NCBI GenBank assembly: GCA_965644295.1
Contig: CBFFRP010000378.1
Span: forward strand, 451,821-515,820
Length of the DNA: 64,000 nt
Source of the DNA: Paraphysomonas bandaiensis
Lineage: Eukaryota; Protista; Chrysophyceae
Direction: 5' to 3'
Positions 63,336-64,000 of the stretch are shown in pieces; position 1 is the first letter of the stretch; the number at the start of each line of letters is the position of its first letter. The notes beneath the pieces were generated by a model, which searched no databases, had not been told where the DNA came from, and worked only from the letters and a program-made list of their open reading frames with translations. The position numbers and the translations under genes were made by a program.

Positions 63336-64000
63336 TGCTCTGTGTCATAGGCTTAAACCCAAATGATACGCAGGCCTTTGCCTATAGACAACAAAAAGTG
63401 CTCTGTGTCATAGGCTAAAACCCAAATGATACGCAGGCAATTGTCTATAGACAGAATAAAAGAATGCTCTGTGTCATAGGCTTAAACCCAAATGATACGC
63501 AGGCCTTTGCCTATAGACAACAAAAAGTGCTCTGTGTCATAGGCTAAAACCCAAATGATACGCAGGCAATTGTCTATAGACAGAATAAAAGAATGCTCTG
63601 TGTCATAGGCTTAAACCCAAATGATACGCAGGCCTTTGCCTATAGACAACAAAAAGTGCTCTGTGTCATAGGCTAAAACCCAAATGATACGCAGGCAATT
63701 GTCTATAGACAGAATAAAAGAATGCTCTGTGTCATAGGCTTAAACCCAAATGATACGCAGGCCTTTGCCTATAGACAACAAAAAGTGCTCTGTGTCATAG
63801 GCTAAAACCCAAATGATACGCAGGCAATTGTCTATAGACAGAATAAAAGAATGCTCTGTGTCATAGGCTTAAACCCAAATGATACGCAGGCCTTTGCCTA
63901 TAGACAACAAAAAGTGCTCTGTGTCATAGGCTAAAACCCAAATGATACGCAGGCAATTGTCTATAGACAGAATAAAAGAATGCTCTGTGTCATAGGCTTA
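63336..64000. repeat. Tandem satellite, 129-bp period made of alternating 63-bp and 66-bp subunits, more than 5 copies, runs off the window
   Basis: Units start at 63336, 63465, 63594, 63723, 63852 and 63981; the copies appear identical. Confidence 0.97.

Noticed and set aside
63336-64000. CRISPR array or hammerhead-ribozyme satellite
   Set aside because: The intervening sequences alternate identically (no unique spacers), there are no cas genes, and no CUGANGA/GAAA core is present on either strand.
63336-64000. Coding repeat (subunits are multiples of 3; one frame reads IGLNPNDTQAFAYR, TPR-like)
   Set aside because: Every frame has a stop in each 129-bp unit, TAA is used as a stop by genes in this window, and the 21/22-aa period does not fit TPR.
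1-64000. tRNA, rRNA or spliced-leader genes; alternative genetic code
   Set aside because: None recognised by eye; conserved genes translate cleanly with the standard code.

Overview
Eukaryotic nuclear DNA with many short (~45-70 nt) GT-AG introns. A stramenopile is likely; this is an inference from the RPLP1 C-terminus and the Crypton-type recombinase. The left 54 kb are gene-rich: a formin-like GBD/FH3+PH gene (cut by the window start), an intronless NAA80-like GNAT fused to an ACTMAP/C19orf54-like cysteine protease, a TPR-prefoldin-1 fusion, an EDR2_C/DUF1336 gene, NAA10, a SASA/CE6 esterase fused to a DOT1-like methyltransferase, a bacterial-type SprT protease, a BTB protein, a MYST acetyltransferase, a sulfotransferase, a PAH-like protein, a P450, NDUFS7, RPLP1, a TLC pseudogene and a bacterial-type RNHCP gene. 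These are interspersed with a decayed pogo-like transposon, MITEs and SINE/LINE relics. The right 10 kb hold a nested stack (a Copia element with identical LTRs, inside a chromoviral Gypsy LTR, inside a Crypton recombinase gene) and end in a 129-bp dimeric satellite. The most striking signal is the single polypeptide that carries both actin N-terminal maturation enzymes (protease plus acetyltransferase). It sits head-to-head with a formin and next to a prefoldin subunit, with NAA10 nearby. All family calls come from motif recognition by eye; no database searches were run.
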